From the human T2T-CHM13v2.0 reference genome, Homo sapiens, in assembly GCF_009914755.1 (NCBI RefSeq), contig NC_060927.1: a DNA stretch of 64,000 nt. One strand, 5' to 3'. Below are positions 12,906-24,693 of this stretch, one piece after another; position 1 is the stretch's first letter, and the number at the start of each line of letters is the position of its first letter. The notes under the pieces were generated by a model. The model worked only from the letters and a program-made list of their open reading frames with translations. It was not told the origin of the DNA and ran no database searches. A program made the position numbers and the translations under genes.

Positions 12906-15404
12906 CATGTACATTGCTCTGCATGTATTCCAGGCCAGATTGGAGTATTTTTTTTGGGTCCCCTGCCTGCAGCTGTGGTTAAGTGAGAGGCAATGATGGT
13001 ATTCATGTACACTTTTCCTTTTCTCAACTTCTCTTTCTAAAAACAAGATAACAATAATAATGATGACAATAAGAATAACAATATACACAGATCTAAGCTG
13101 CACTGAGAAAGATCTGCACTGTGGCATATTGTGAAATAAAAATGAGATTCCTTTTGTTTCCAAAATGTGTGAATTATGATGGAAATGGGTATTCAATGAG
13201 ATGATGTTTGTTATTATTATTTATAATTAAAATTATTTTCTTTTCTATACAATTAGTCAACTTCCCATTCATACTACTAATGGACAGAAAAAACTTGATC
13301 TTGATAATTTAAGATATCAGTGGGTTTCTAGAGTAAAGCATGTTGTCTTTCAGTTAAATCCGTCCGTTCAAATCTTATTCCCCTTCTCCCTCTTCTATTC
13401 TCCCTTGCAGCATTTTAACATAGGGAAGATTGACTTAGTACCATGGTGGTAAGATATGTGGAGGTGGCTTATTTCCATAATTTTCAGATTATTGCTAGTA
13501 TCCACTGTTGATGTAACTGGTCTGTGATCCCTGCTTTGGCCTCCCTATGTAAGATCTGCTCACTTCCTCTCTCCTCTCCTGATCCTAGGACCTTCTATTC
13601 TGTGTCCTTTTAGCACTTGGGCAGACACTCTCTCATCTAGATTTCCCACATGCCACTTTCTGGCCACAGATAAACTGGAAACGCCATTCCAGGGCCCTCT
13701 TTCTGCCTCAACAGGCCTGCACCTGCATGTCTACCTTACTTTGGTCATCACGACTACCGCTTACCCAGCGTGTACACAGGGCTACATGTCAGTGCTGGTG
13801 GCGATTCTTTAAAGATGTAGGATTTCTTACAAAGTAATTTCCCCCTGGACTCCCAGCTGGAAAAGGAACAGAAGCCACACATGATTTTGGATTCTCCTGA
13901 TTTGTCTCATTTTAAGTTCTCACTCAGACTTCCCTGCCTTGATGTAGGCCTTGGAATTTGGAGACACTGACTCTATTACCAGGCAGACAGGCAGTAGCTC
14001 AATCCCAGTAGTGTTCCTCCGAATTGCTCCCGCATCTCCAGCTCAGAACAGAAAACTATGTTCTCCCTCCTGTGTGATGACAACATCCTATATCATACCA
14101 TGCCTTCTTTCCTAGTTCTCTGTCATAATTTATTCTTTGGTTGACCTACGTAGAGATTGAACATCCAAAAACCCCGTCTCGTCTCAGTAACTTAGCTCTC
14201 GCAAGTGAAAGTGATCTTAGATTGGAAATATGCAAAGCCCTATTTTAATCAGTTAAGCTCACTTTGACTTCTTTTCTTCTATGCTCCTTCAACTCTGCCT
14301 CCAGTGAAATGTGTGCACAAACTTTGGAAGGTTGAGAGTTTGGGAAAATTATAATTTGGGGGAATAAAATACACAGCCGATACTATTTCAAAAAAGATTA
14401 TCCTGCTACATCAATAAAGACCGTAACAAGGCTGGCTTCTGGTGTTATTGTAAAACACCCTCAACTTCTCTCTTTACCTTCATTTCCCTTCGTGAGTGCT
14501 GCCAGCCTCCTTTATCGGAAAAGTCTCTACTTCCCACGCTTGTATCCCCCACATGTATGTGCTACTCCTTCTTCATTGCAGAAGCTTATAACTTCAGTTA
14601 CACTAAGATATAAAAAGTGCTGATGCATAAAGTTTTGCCTCTCAATAGATTTTGAGGTTTTTGAAGCAAAGTCATAAAATTCTACTGAAAATAAGATAGG
14701 ACATTTATTTGTTTTTTGTCCGACCTCAGAGAGAAAGAAGTATATATCAAGAACTTCCTAAGTTGAGACATTATAAAAGTAATGAAAGAATCTACTGTGA
14801 ATGAATTAAAGTTCACTTTAATGAAAACCACTATTTTCACCATTAATTCATTGAACCAAATGCATCTACACCATAGTATAGATATTTTAGCATGAGCTTC
14901 TAATAACAGCATACTTCACTTCCTTTAAGAATCTAGCAATGAGTCTTTACTCTGGTTTGAACTTCTCTTCTTTTAGGTTCAATAGATACCTTTTGATATC
15001 CCCTGCCTTCTAATCTCATTCAAAGCCAAATTCTTTAGAAGATATAAATATTTAAATTATTATGTCTTCTCGAATATATTTTTTAATTAACTTATGATTT
15101 TATTTTTAAATATGACATAAAACTTACATCATGAAAAAGGTAAAACAACTGCCCTATAGCCTTTCTGATCTTCTCCTTCTCTTTTGATTTTTGTTTTGTT
15201 TTGTTTGTACAGTTTCTTTTTTTTTTTTTTTTTGGTACCCTAAGCAAATGTTTTTCTGTCCTCTTGGTAATTCAACAGTAATCCAATGAAGTTGTTGTAT
15301 AGTATATCAAGGCTTCTGATGCTATTTGTTGAAAAAACAACAACACTATTTTCTTAATTTTCCAATATGCCTAAAGTTTAGTTTTAAGAATAAACATTAA
15401 ACCT

Positions 15405-15625
15405 ACCATTTACTGAATGTATTTTATGCACCAGGACTATGCAGAACGTTTTACTGTCATTATCATATTTAATTCTTCCCCAACTCCCAAAACAGGTTTA
15501 TCATAATACCCACTTTTTAGATGAGAAAATGAAGATCAAAGAAGTACTCTGCCCAATGTGACATGTCTGGTAAGAGTTTAGGCAGGAGTTAAACCCGTTT
15601 CTTTTCAACACCAGAACCTGAGCTC
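15405..15625 (-). mobile_element. MIR SINE
   Basis: catttactgaatg...tttttagatgagaaaatgaag...tgcccaatgtgaca...ccagaacctgagctctt. Confidence 0.7.
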
Positions 15626-17170
15626 TTAGTAAGTAGAAGGTACTGTTTCCTCTTACGCCCTGCCTCTCCTGGCCTCACTTAATCAGGACATATCTTTGTC
15701 TACAAGAGTGTCCTATTCCACAACCTTCCTCCTCCCAATTAGACCTTTCATTCTGTTCTCCTTTTCTTCTCTGCAATAAGCTTCTCCATACAATAGCTGA
15801 ATGCTGAATTCATACTCTTCACTTTTGGTGAAAAGAGTGACAATTTGATTTCTGAATTAGTGAAAAACTCAAAGCATAAAACTCTGACCTTTCCAGTTGA
15901 GTTATGACTGATTTCCTCGGCAGCCTTAGAAACATCCAGTCTCTTACTTGACATGCACACTTTTGGAGGTTGCCCTGGTAATCTGACCATTGTCATCAGA
16001 GAGTGGGAAACAAGTCCTTTGTTTCAAATATTATGATTGTAAATGTTTCAAACTGTCCTTTCATATGATCAAAATAATAAGAATTTAAGTTTTTCAGTAA
16101 CATATTAACTTTTCAAGAATGATACAGACAATTTGCCTTATAAGTATAATGTACCATTTGACCTTGCCACTTTATATTCTGTGTCAGTGGTGACAGGTGA
16201 TTTTCCTCATCTCAAATTAGGCAACCGTTCTAGCAACTCACAGTAATTTTTGTGACATGACTGACATGTGAAAAGTGATATATCTCTTTCATTAAAAGAT
16301 GCATGTTCTAAGCAAGGAAGGCTCTGTGCTCCCATAAAACCAGTGCAAAAAAGGAAACAGTTCTACATTGATAATCCTGAGGAAGAAAGCCTGGAAACCT
16401 GTTCTCATGCTACCCCATGAACATCATTATAAAGTGTGAGAAGAGTGGGGTCACGTTTTATATTTGTTCCTCAAAATAATGATTAAGTTGTAGCACTTTT
16501 TAAAATACAACATATATTTGATAAACTAAGAAGCTATTGAAAATTTTGATACTAGTAGAAAGAAAATAATCCATCCTATTTATCTGGATGATATCCAGTT
16601 ACTTTCATCTTGTTTTATATTAACTAATGTTTTGAAGAAATATTCAAAATCTCCTAAAAGAGGATTTCATCAGAGGGGAGGCTATTAAATAATGAATTTC
16701 CAGGCTTTTAAAATGTATGCATGCCTTTAAATAATATAACTTTTTAGAGCCATAGATCTCTTTAGCCCATGTGTATGCCACAAAATTTAGGCATGGGTCT
16801 AGAGAAATACCAGCATGTTAGGATGTGAGGATTAAACACAACGCCTGTCAGGCATTGCGAATCCAAAAGGGGGTTTTGTTTTTCTTCCTTTTTATTTCTG
16901 TGAAGACAACTTCCCTGCTCAGCATACCTGTGCCATTTGGAATAATAGGAGTACTTTAAAATAGGCCTCAAATTAATTGTTGTTCTTAAAAAGTACTTTT
17001 CTTTTGAGAAACTGCAACAGTTATTTAAATCTCAGAGGAAAAATTGCTCATGTGATAGATGCACATCATATTAGAATTTTATTTTACACCTGAAAGATTA
17101 TAAAAATAGAACTATATCATCCGGGCATAAGCATAGTGGAAACAAAGTATTGAAAAGGGAAAGGCAAGCT

Positions 17171-17639
17171 TGTCACACGAGTCCGTATAGAAGACCACCT
17201 GCACAGGCTTTGTGTGAGCAACAAGGCTGCTTATTCACTTGGGTGCAAGTGGGCTGAGTCCGAAAAGAGAGTCAGCAAAGGGAGATAGGGGAGGGGCAGC
17301 TTTATAGGGCTCGGGTAGGCAGTGGAAAGTTACAGTCAAAGGTGGTTATCTGTTGTCAGCAGGGGAGGGGGTCACAAGGTGCATGGTGGAGAGACCATGA
17401 GACTCACTGTCCAGGAGAAGAATGTCCCAGGGTCAACTGATCAGTTAGGGTAGGGCAGGAACGAGTCATAGTGGTGGAAGGTCATATGGAGGGTCAATCG
17501 GTGAAGGCAGGAACTGAGGTTTCACTTCTTTTGTGGTTTTTCGGCTGCTGCAGATTTCTTGGCTCCTGCAGGCCATCTGGACATATGTGTGCAGGTCACA
17601 GGGGTTATAATGGCTGAGCTTCAGCTCAGAGACCTAACA
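17171..17639 (-). mobile_element. 3' LTR (LTR7 family, probably an older LTR7C-like type)
   Basis: Minus strand reads tgttaggtctctgagctgaagctcagcc...cctgtgacctgcac...tgaca; TATAAA at 17301-17306; matches the other LTR. Confidence 0.93.
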
Positions 17640-18285
17640 TTCCTGTCTTTTTATTTATAAAATATAAAGTTATAAGAAAAGATAAAGAATATAAATTCCT
17701 TCTGGGGAGTTTTTTTTGGAGGGGTAAGGGCGATGTCTCTCAGGACTGCTTCAAGCGTAACCAGGGACTGTGTGGACACCTTAAAGAAAATTTTAAAATG
17801 AGTTAATTTAGTAAATTTCAGGTCTAGGGCTCATTTTTATGTGGCTAAAAAAGTGCCAGGTAGCACATTTTTGAGCTTGGAACTGCCCTAATAAAATAAG
17901 TTCTCTAAGAACAGTAATCAGGCATGTTAGCTTTAATGTAGGTGGCGATGAGTTTTTAGGCCAGGGAAGGAATAATGTTTTACGTACCAAAGCTTTTTGT
18001 CCCCATTTCCCATCATATGAATAGGATTCCCTGTTGTTAAGCCAGTGATCTATTATATTACCCATTTACCATAGGTGTGAGTGGCAGTCTGAATGGAGAA
18101 GTTCCATAGTTCTGATTGCAGATCCTATGCAGGAGAGATAGTAAGGAAAATAATCTTTGTCTCCTGGATTAAGCTGAGGCTGGCAAAGAGAGGAATGTCC
18201 CAAGCCTTCTACCAACCAGCAGAATGCATTATGTTGTGCTGGATGCTGGTCTGCTTGCCAAACATGTGGAACTGGCCCCGTATAT

Positions 18286-18495
18286 GTGTATCAACCCAAA
18301 CCAGGAGATACTTAAATTTATGAACACGGGGTATATGAGTAAAGTCAATTTGCCAATCTTGTGTCAGAGTAAATCCAAGAGCCTGATGCGTAGGAAAGCG
18401 AGGAGTCCTGAGAGAACCTTAGGGGTTGGTGACAAGCAGTCAGAGCATTGAGAGGTGATGGTTTTAAGGATGGATTTCCATGATGGGAAGGAAAT
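18286..18495 (-). pseudogene. Retroviral integrase fragment
   Basis: Manual translation gives ISFPSWKSILKTITSQCSDC (Zn-binding CxxC) and, after a frameshift, QDWQIDFTHIPRVHKFKYLLVWVDT (start of the catalytic core). Confidence 0.88.
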
Positions 18496-18496
18496 G

Positions 18497-19050
18497 GGCT
18501 GTAAAGAAGAAGGTCATCAACATATTGAGTAAGGTGGGAGGCAGATGGGCAGAAAGAAAGTAAGTCATGAGAGAGGGCCTGACCAAAGTAGTGTGGGCTT
18601 TCCCTGAAACCTTGGGGTAGGACAGTCTGGGTGAGTTGCTGGGACTGGTGGATGTCAGGGTCAGTCCAAGTAAAGGCGAAAAGAGGCTGGGAGGAGGGAT
18701 GCAAGGGGTTGGTAAAGAAGGCTTCTTTGACAAGGTCATTAACAGAATAATGAGTTGTGGAAGGGGGTATTGAGGAGAGGAGACTATAGGGGTTTGGCAC
18801 AAAAGGATGGATGGGAAGGATAATCTGATTTATGAGGCAAAGGTCTTGAACTAGCCTGTGGGACTTGTCTGGTTTCTGGATGGATAGGATAGGGGAGATG
18901 TGAGGAGAATTTGTAGGCTTTAAAAGGCCATGCTGTAACAGGCGAATGATAACAGCTTTAGTCTTCTCAAAGCCTGCTGTGGGATGTGATACTGGCGTTG
19001 AGTGGGGTAAGGGTGATTAGGTTTTAATGGGATGGTAAGGGGTACATGAT
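18497..19050 (-). pseudogene. Retroviral reverse transcriptase N-terminal fragment
   Basis: ORF 18345-18800 contains LFAFTWTDPD, VLPQGFRESPHYFGQAL and QYVDDLLL (YxDD motif); truncated straight after the motif. Confidence 0.92.
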
Positions 19051-19149
19051 CAGTTGTCAAGGAAGGAGTAGAGGTATCCCATACTTGCAGATTGAGGTGA
19101 GGAGATACAAGGGGAGGATGAAAAAGAGGCCTTGAATTGGGCAAAAGGA

Positions 19150-19450
19150 CAGCAATGAGGTGTGGCTGTAGCCCAGGAATAGTCAGGGAAGCAGATAATT
19201 TGTTTAAAATGTCTCGGCCTAATGAGGGAACTGGGCAGGTGGGGATAATTAAAAAAGAGTGTATAAAAGAATGTTGTCCAAGTTGACACCAGAGTGGGGG
19301 AGTTTTAAGAAGTTTAGAAGCCTGGCTAACAATACCCACAACAGTTATGGGGGCAATGGAAACAGGCCCTTGAAAGAAGGTAATGTGGAGTGGGTAGCCC
19401 CTGTACCAATTGAAAAGGAGAAGGACTTACCCTCCACTATAAGAGTTACC
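19150..19450 (-). pseudogene. Retroviral protease remnant
   Basis: Manual translation [24 protein letters not shown] (DTGA active-site position reads GTGA), then IIPTCPVPSLGRDILNKL. Confidence 0.85.
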
Positions 19451-19499
19451 TGAAGCTCAGCATCCATGATGGTCCAGGGGGCTTCCGAGGTGATTGGGC

Positions 19500-21060
19500 A
19501 GTGTCTTCAGCCCCTAAACTGGGGAGATCTGGGAAGGAGTCAGCCAGAGAGCTTTGAGCTGGAGCTCCAGGGGCCCTAGAAGTGGCTGCAATATTAGTTG
19601 GGTGGTCTGATTTCCAGTGGGGTCCTGCACAGGTGGGACATGGCTTAGGAGGAATCATGGGCTGCGGGCATTCCTTGGCCCAGTGGCCAGTTTTGTGGCA
19701 TTTGAGGCAAGGTCCTGGGAGAGGAGGTCCTGAAGGAATGCCTGGAGGCTGTGGTTTGGTTGTTCTGAAGTTTTTCTGTGCTGAAGGCGTGGCTGAGGTT
19801 TGTCTTACAGCGGAGGCAAGCAGTTGCAGCTCAGAAATACATTGCCACTTGGCTGACTCTTCTCTATTGTTGAACACCTTGAAGGCAAGGTTGATTACTC
19901 CTGTTGTGGGGTTTGAGGGCCAGATTCCAATTTGTGAAGCTTTTTTCTAATGTCAGGAGCTGACTGGGTGATAAAATGCATATTAAGAATAAGACGGCCT
20001 TCTGGCCCTTCAGGGTTTAGGGCTGAAAAGTGTCTAAGGGTAGCCACCAAGTGGGCCATGAACTGGGCTGGGTTTTCGTCTTTACCTTGGGTACCTTCTT
20101 TAAGCTTGTCATAATTGATAGCTTTGTATGCTGCCTTTTTCAGCCCTTCAACTAGGCAAGAGACCATGTAATCTCACCTAGCTATACCTTGGGAGCCTGT
20201 CTGCTATTCCCATCGGGGATCCTCTCGGGGAACTGCCCTGGTGCCTTCTTGAAGGTCTGGCTCATGACGCTGGCAGGTGTCAGTGTGAGATTGGGCTAGG
20301 GTATAAACAACTCTTTCCCGCTCATCTGGGGAGAGGGGAGAGGTCAGGATGACATTAAGTCACTCCAGGTTAAATTGTAGGACTGAGTCAAACATTGGAA
20401 TTCCTGTATATATTTAGTGGGGTCTGATGAGAAAGAGCCCAGATGCTGACTGATTTGGGAAAGGTCTGATAGAGACAAAGGTACATGAATCCTTACTATG
20501 CCCTCAGCTCCAGCCACCTCTCTAAGAGGAAATTGTTGGGCAGGTGGGGGAGAGCTAGTTGTGGAACGAAACTGTAAGCCAGACTGAGCGTGAGGAAGGG
20601 AGGTGATAGAAGAATTATAAGGTTGGGGAGTGGAGGCTGAGGAAGAATTGGGACTTGATTCAGCCTGCTGAGGAGTGGTCTGGGGAAGGGGAGAGAGGTC
20701 AGAGGGGTCTGCAGAAAAGGGAGGATTCAGAGGACTCTGAGGTTGGGGTAGAGACTGAAGAAATGGATGGGAGAGAAAGAGGAAAGATTTGGGATGAGTC
20801 GCATTGGGAGCAGAGATTAGGAAGGGAACAAAGTGTAAAAAACACCTGGACATAAGGCACCTCAGACCATTTGCCAATTTTTCGACAAAAATTATCTAAG
20901 TCTTGTAGGATGGAGAAATCAAAAGTGCCGTTTTCTGGCCATTTGCAACCATTGTCAAGTTTGTATTGGGGCCGAAGGTATTGCAGAAAAATAAGACGTT
21001 TGGGTTTAAGGTCAGATGTTAGTTGAAGAGGTTTAAACTTTTTAAGAACACAGGCTAAGG
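19500..21060 (-). pseudogene. Retroviral gag remnant (MA, CA, NC), frameshifted
   Basis: WPENGTFDFSILQDLDNFCRKIGKWSEVPYVQ (MA), FPLREVAGAEGIVRIHVP (CA start), TQGKDENPAQFM (MHR), [14 protein letters not shown] zinc knuckle and a degenerate second knuckle [13 protein letters not shown]. Confidence 0.93.
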
Positions 21061-21126
21061 GGGAAGAAATTGAAGGAGAGAGAGACTGAAGGGTAGCGAG
21101 AGAGGCTGGAGAAGAGGGTGAAAAAG

Positions 21127-21140
21127 ACCACTTACCCGAT
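21127..21140 (-). promoter_or_regulatory. HERV-H major splice donor
   Basis: Minus strand ttcaaatcgg|gtaagtgg in the leader ~120 nt downstream of the PBS; GT intact. Confidence 0.75.
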
Positions 21141-21253
21141 TTGAAATTGGTGAGATGTTCCTTGGGCTGGTCTGAGGACCCAAGGTCATATGTGGATCTC
21201 CTCATGGAGAGAGGGTGAGGACAGGGAACCAGTCTCCCGAAGGAGTCCCCCTG

Positions 21254-21271
21254 TCCCTGGTTTCAGCACCA
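21254..21271 (-). promoter_or_regulatory. Primer binding site, tRNA-Phe type
   Basis: Minus strand tggtgctgaaaccaggga, 2 nt after the LTR; 16/18 match to the tRNA-Phe complement tggtgccgaaacccggga, unlike the tRNA-His PBS tggtgccgtgactcggat. Confidence 0.85.
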
Positions 21272-21273
21272 AG

Positions 21274-21742
21274 TATCACTCATGTTTGTATAGAAGACCA
21301 CCTACACAGGCTTTGTGTGAGCAACAAGGCTGCTTATTCACTTGGGTGCAAGTGGGCTGAGTCCGAAAAGAGAGTCAGCAAAGGGAGATAGGGGAGGGGC
21401 AGCTTTACAGGGCTCAGGTAGGCAGTAGAAAGTTACAGTCAAAGGTGGTTATCTGTTGTCAGCAGGGGAGGGGGTCACAAGGTGCATGGTGGAGAGACCA
21501 TGAGACTCACTGTCCAGGAGAAGAATGTCCCAGGGTCAACTGATCAGTTAGGGTAGGGCAGGAACCAGTCATAGTGGTGGAAGGTCATATGGAGGGTCAA
21601 TCGGTGAAGGCAGGAACTGGGGTTTCACTTCTTCTGTGGTTTTTCGGCTGCTCCAGATTTCGTGGCTCCTGCAGACCATCTGGACATATGTGTGCAGGTC
21701 ACAGGGGTTATAATGGCTGAGCTTTGGCTCAGAGGCCTGACA
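21274..21742 (-). mobile_element. 5' LTR (LTR7 family)
   Basis: Minus strand begins tgtcaggcctctgagccaaagctcagcc; 469 bp, about 20 differences from the 3' LTR. Confidence 0.93.
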
Positions 21743-21745
21743 GAA

Positions 21746-21747
<2 letters not shown>

Positions 21748-21778
<31 letters not shown>
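21748..21778. repeat. (CA)n microsatellite abutting the 5' LTR
   Basis: About 15 CA units. Confidence 0.9.
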
Positions 21779-21779
<1 letters not shown>

Positions 21780-22169
21780 ATATTCATACACATGTGGGCA
21801 AGTGTATGTATGCAGAAAATGGAAAAATAAAGATTCTGGTTTAACTGTGTACAAACTCAAAGAAGAAAAAGTTTCCTCTATTTATTTGTCCCTCTCCCTT
21901 CTCTTTTCTACGTAGGCAATTCCCAGTGTCCAGCAGGATTATAACTTCTACAAAGAAGTTGTCTTTAAAATTTTTGATCCAGACTTATTTTTTCCTTTTC
22001 TGAATTAATAACTAACCACCTGTGCCACTGAGTTAGGATATTAATCATTTACATCTTGAAAGCAGGTATGTATTTACATCACGTACCATTGTTTAACTGC
22101 TGTTGCTATCTTCTAAAGTAGTACATGCATAAAACCTCTCACACCTTGGACTATTGGTGTGAAAACCAA

Positions 22170-22442
22170 TTGTTTTTTCTTTTTCAAATTTATTTTAGAA
22201 CTGGGGTACATGTTGTGCAGGATTGCTACAGAGGGAACTTGTGTGAAGCTGAGGTTTGATGTATAAATAAACCCGTCACTGTGTTATTGAGCATAGTACC
22301 CAACAGGTAGTTTTTCAGGCCTTGCCTCCGTCCCTCCCTTCCCTCTCTAGTGATCCAGAGTGTCTTTTGTTCCCACCTTTCTTTATGTCCATGTGTACCC
22401 AGTATTTAGTTCCCACTTATAAGTGACATCATGCAGTATTTG
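22170..22442 (-). mobile_element. Old L1PA (PA15/16-like) 3' end
   Basis: ggggtacatg...gagcatagtacccaacaggtagttttt...tcccacttataagtga...atgcagtatttgg; flanking gaaaaccaa repeats at 22161 and 22443 are a probable TSD. Confidence 0.82.
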
Positions 22443-22505
22443 GAAAACCAAACATTTTACATTTTAATATCTGTAATATATCTAGTGGAATGCTAGCATG
22501 CTGTC

Positions 22506-22970
22506 CTATTTACAACAGCAAAGACTTGGAACCAACCCAAATGCTCAACAATGATAGACTGGATAAAGAAAATGGGGCACATATACACCATGGAATACTA
22601 TGCGGCCATAAAAAACAATGAGTTCACGTCCTTTGCAGGGACATGGATGAAGCTGGAAACCATCATCCTCAGCAAACTAACACAGGAACAGAAAACCAAA
22701 CACTGCACGTTCTCACTCATAAGTGGGAGCTGAACAATGAGAACACATGGACACAGGGAGGGGAACATCACACACTGGGGCCTGTCGGGGGATGAGAGGA
22801 AAGGGGAGGGAGAGCATTAGGATAAATATGTAATGCATGTGGCTTTTAAAACCTGGAGGACAGCTTGATAGGTGCAGCAAACCACCATGGCACATGTGTA
22901 CATATGTAACACACCTGCCCGTTCAGCACATGTATCCCAAAACTTTAAGTAAAATTAAAAAAAAAAAAAA
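22506..22970 (+). mobile_element. 5'-truncated L1PA (PA7/8-like) with poly(A) and 18-bp TSD
   Basis: ORF2 C-terminus (DWIKKMGHIYTMEYYAAIK), 3' UTR and A tail; TSD gaatgctagca(t/c)gctgtc at 22488-22505 and 22971-22988. Confidence 0.95.
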
Positions 22971-24376
22971 GAATGCTAGCACGCTGTCAATAAAGATTCT
23001 GCATTGTGTTTCATGCATGGATAGTAGGCCACAAAATTCGAGAATAAACAAATCAAATGGCATCTTCACATATTTTTTCCCTGATAAAAAATGTTCGAGT
23101 TGTATTATCCATCCTGTTTAAGTAGCAAAGTATACAGTTTAAATATTTAAACCATTGGAAAAAACTAAAATTACCTGGGTTTGTTCCATCTTCAAAAATG
23201 TGAAATTAAAGGCATTCTACTAGAAATAGTCTGTGAAAAAAGAAGTCTAAATATAAAGACAGACTAGTAGGTCAGACAGAAAGAGGATTTGCCTATTCCC
23301 ATTCTTCTTTATTGAGGCTTTTCTCCTTTCTAATGTCAGAAAGCTGAAAGCATTAAAACTTAACCCACAAAAATTTCCTGACAGAGTGTCAGTAATCAGA
23401 CCAGTGATCCAGAAGATGATAAGAGAATACTGCTTTTCTAGGTGAGAAAAGAGGAACATTTGGTCTAAGACATTCATGCAAATGTCCAGCTGTAATGAAA
23501 TGCATTATGAAAAATTAAATATACCTGAGGAAATCTGTACCCAGTTTTTGGACCCTGCTGGAGAGCAGCTAACCTTGCATTTTAGCCAAGATAGTTAACA
23601 CAGATATTTCCATTTTAAAGGACACTCCAAGAATGCAGCATAACCTTTAATGGTACTTACTTGCCTAAAAAGGCATTCCTGTAACAGAGTTGAGTATGCA
23701 TGAGGAAACAAAAAAAAAAGGTTTGTTGGAAGAGACAAAACTCCAGTGAAATGTCAGGGACCTTAAAGGAGGAGAAGAATATGAATTGGAAAAGGCCAAG
23801 GGAAATGGCTTGCAGACATAGTGACTACAAGGGATAAATAATGAGAGCTTTGTTTGGTAACTGGAGTGAAGTTGTGCTTCTTAAATGTGTGGGAAATGGA
23901 ATTAGATGGAGAGGGTAATGCTGGATTAAGTAGAGAAGTTTGAACTTAATGCAATAGCTAAAAGAGAATCCTTTTATTTTTGTGAACCTAGTAGTGGTAT
24001 GGTCTAACTGACTGACACTATTACATCCCTTTGCTCATTGAAAAATATTAAGCTGTTCTTTGCTACTAACTGCTTCCATTGCAGAAATACTAGGACATAC
24101 AAATAAGCAAAATTGACAAAATTAAAAACCCCATAAACTTACTATCCAGAGACTGAGCAAGTTTTAACTTCTAGAATATATGCTTAATATATAAAACTTC
24201 TGGTCAAGTAAACACTAAGTTGGGAGCTCAAAGGTAGTCCATGCAGTGAACACTATTCTTCCCTTGTCATTTGCCTTATTCTCTATGAATTTTGAAATTC
24301 ACAAACAAAGGACCATTGGCCTTGACATAAGAAATAGAAAAAAAGAAAAGTTTGTTATTTTTAATTTGACTTTTGA

Positions 24377-24693
<317 letters not shown>

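Larger units (their letters stand above)
17171..21742 (-). mobile_element. HERV-H-lineage (H/F-type) endogenous retrovirus, internally deleted provirus of ~4.57 kb
   Basis: Two 469-bp LTR7-family LTRs, PBS, polypurine tract (aaaagacaggaa on minus, next to 17640), and gag, pro, RT and IN remnants in retroviral order on the minus strand. Flanks aagct/gaact are a degraded possible 5-bp TSD. Confidence 0.96.

Noticed and set aside
11275-13027. Two similar ORF pairs (MVRKGFIKAFTKD...) suggesting paralogous genes
   Set aside because: The similarity comes from the 192-bp duplication inside an L2; no splice or coding signature.
18345-21205. Functional retroviral proteins
   Set aside because: gag is split across several frames, the protease active site reads GTGA, and RT and IN are truncated; pseudogenic.
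22170-22970. Single twin-primed inverted L1
   Set aside because: Each part has its own TSD and tail, they overlap in L1 coordinates, and they look like different subfamilies.
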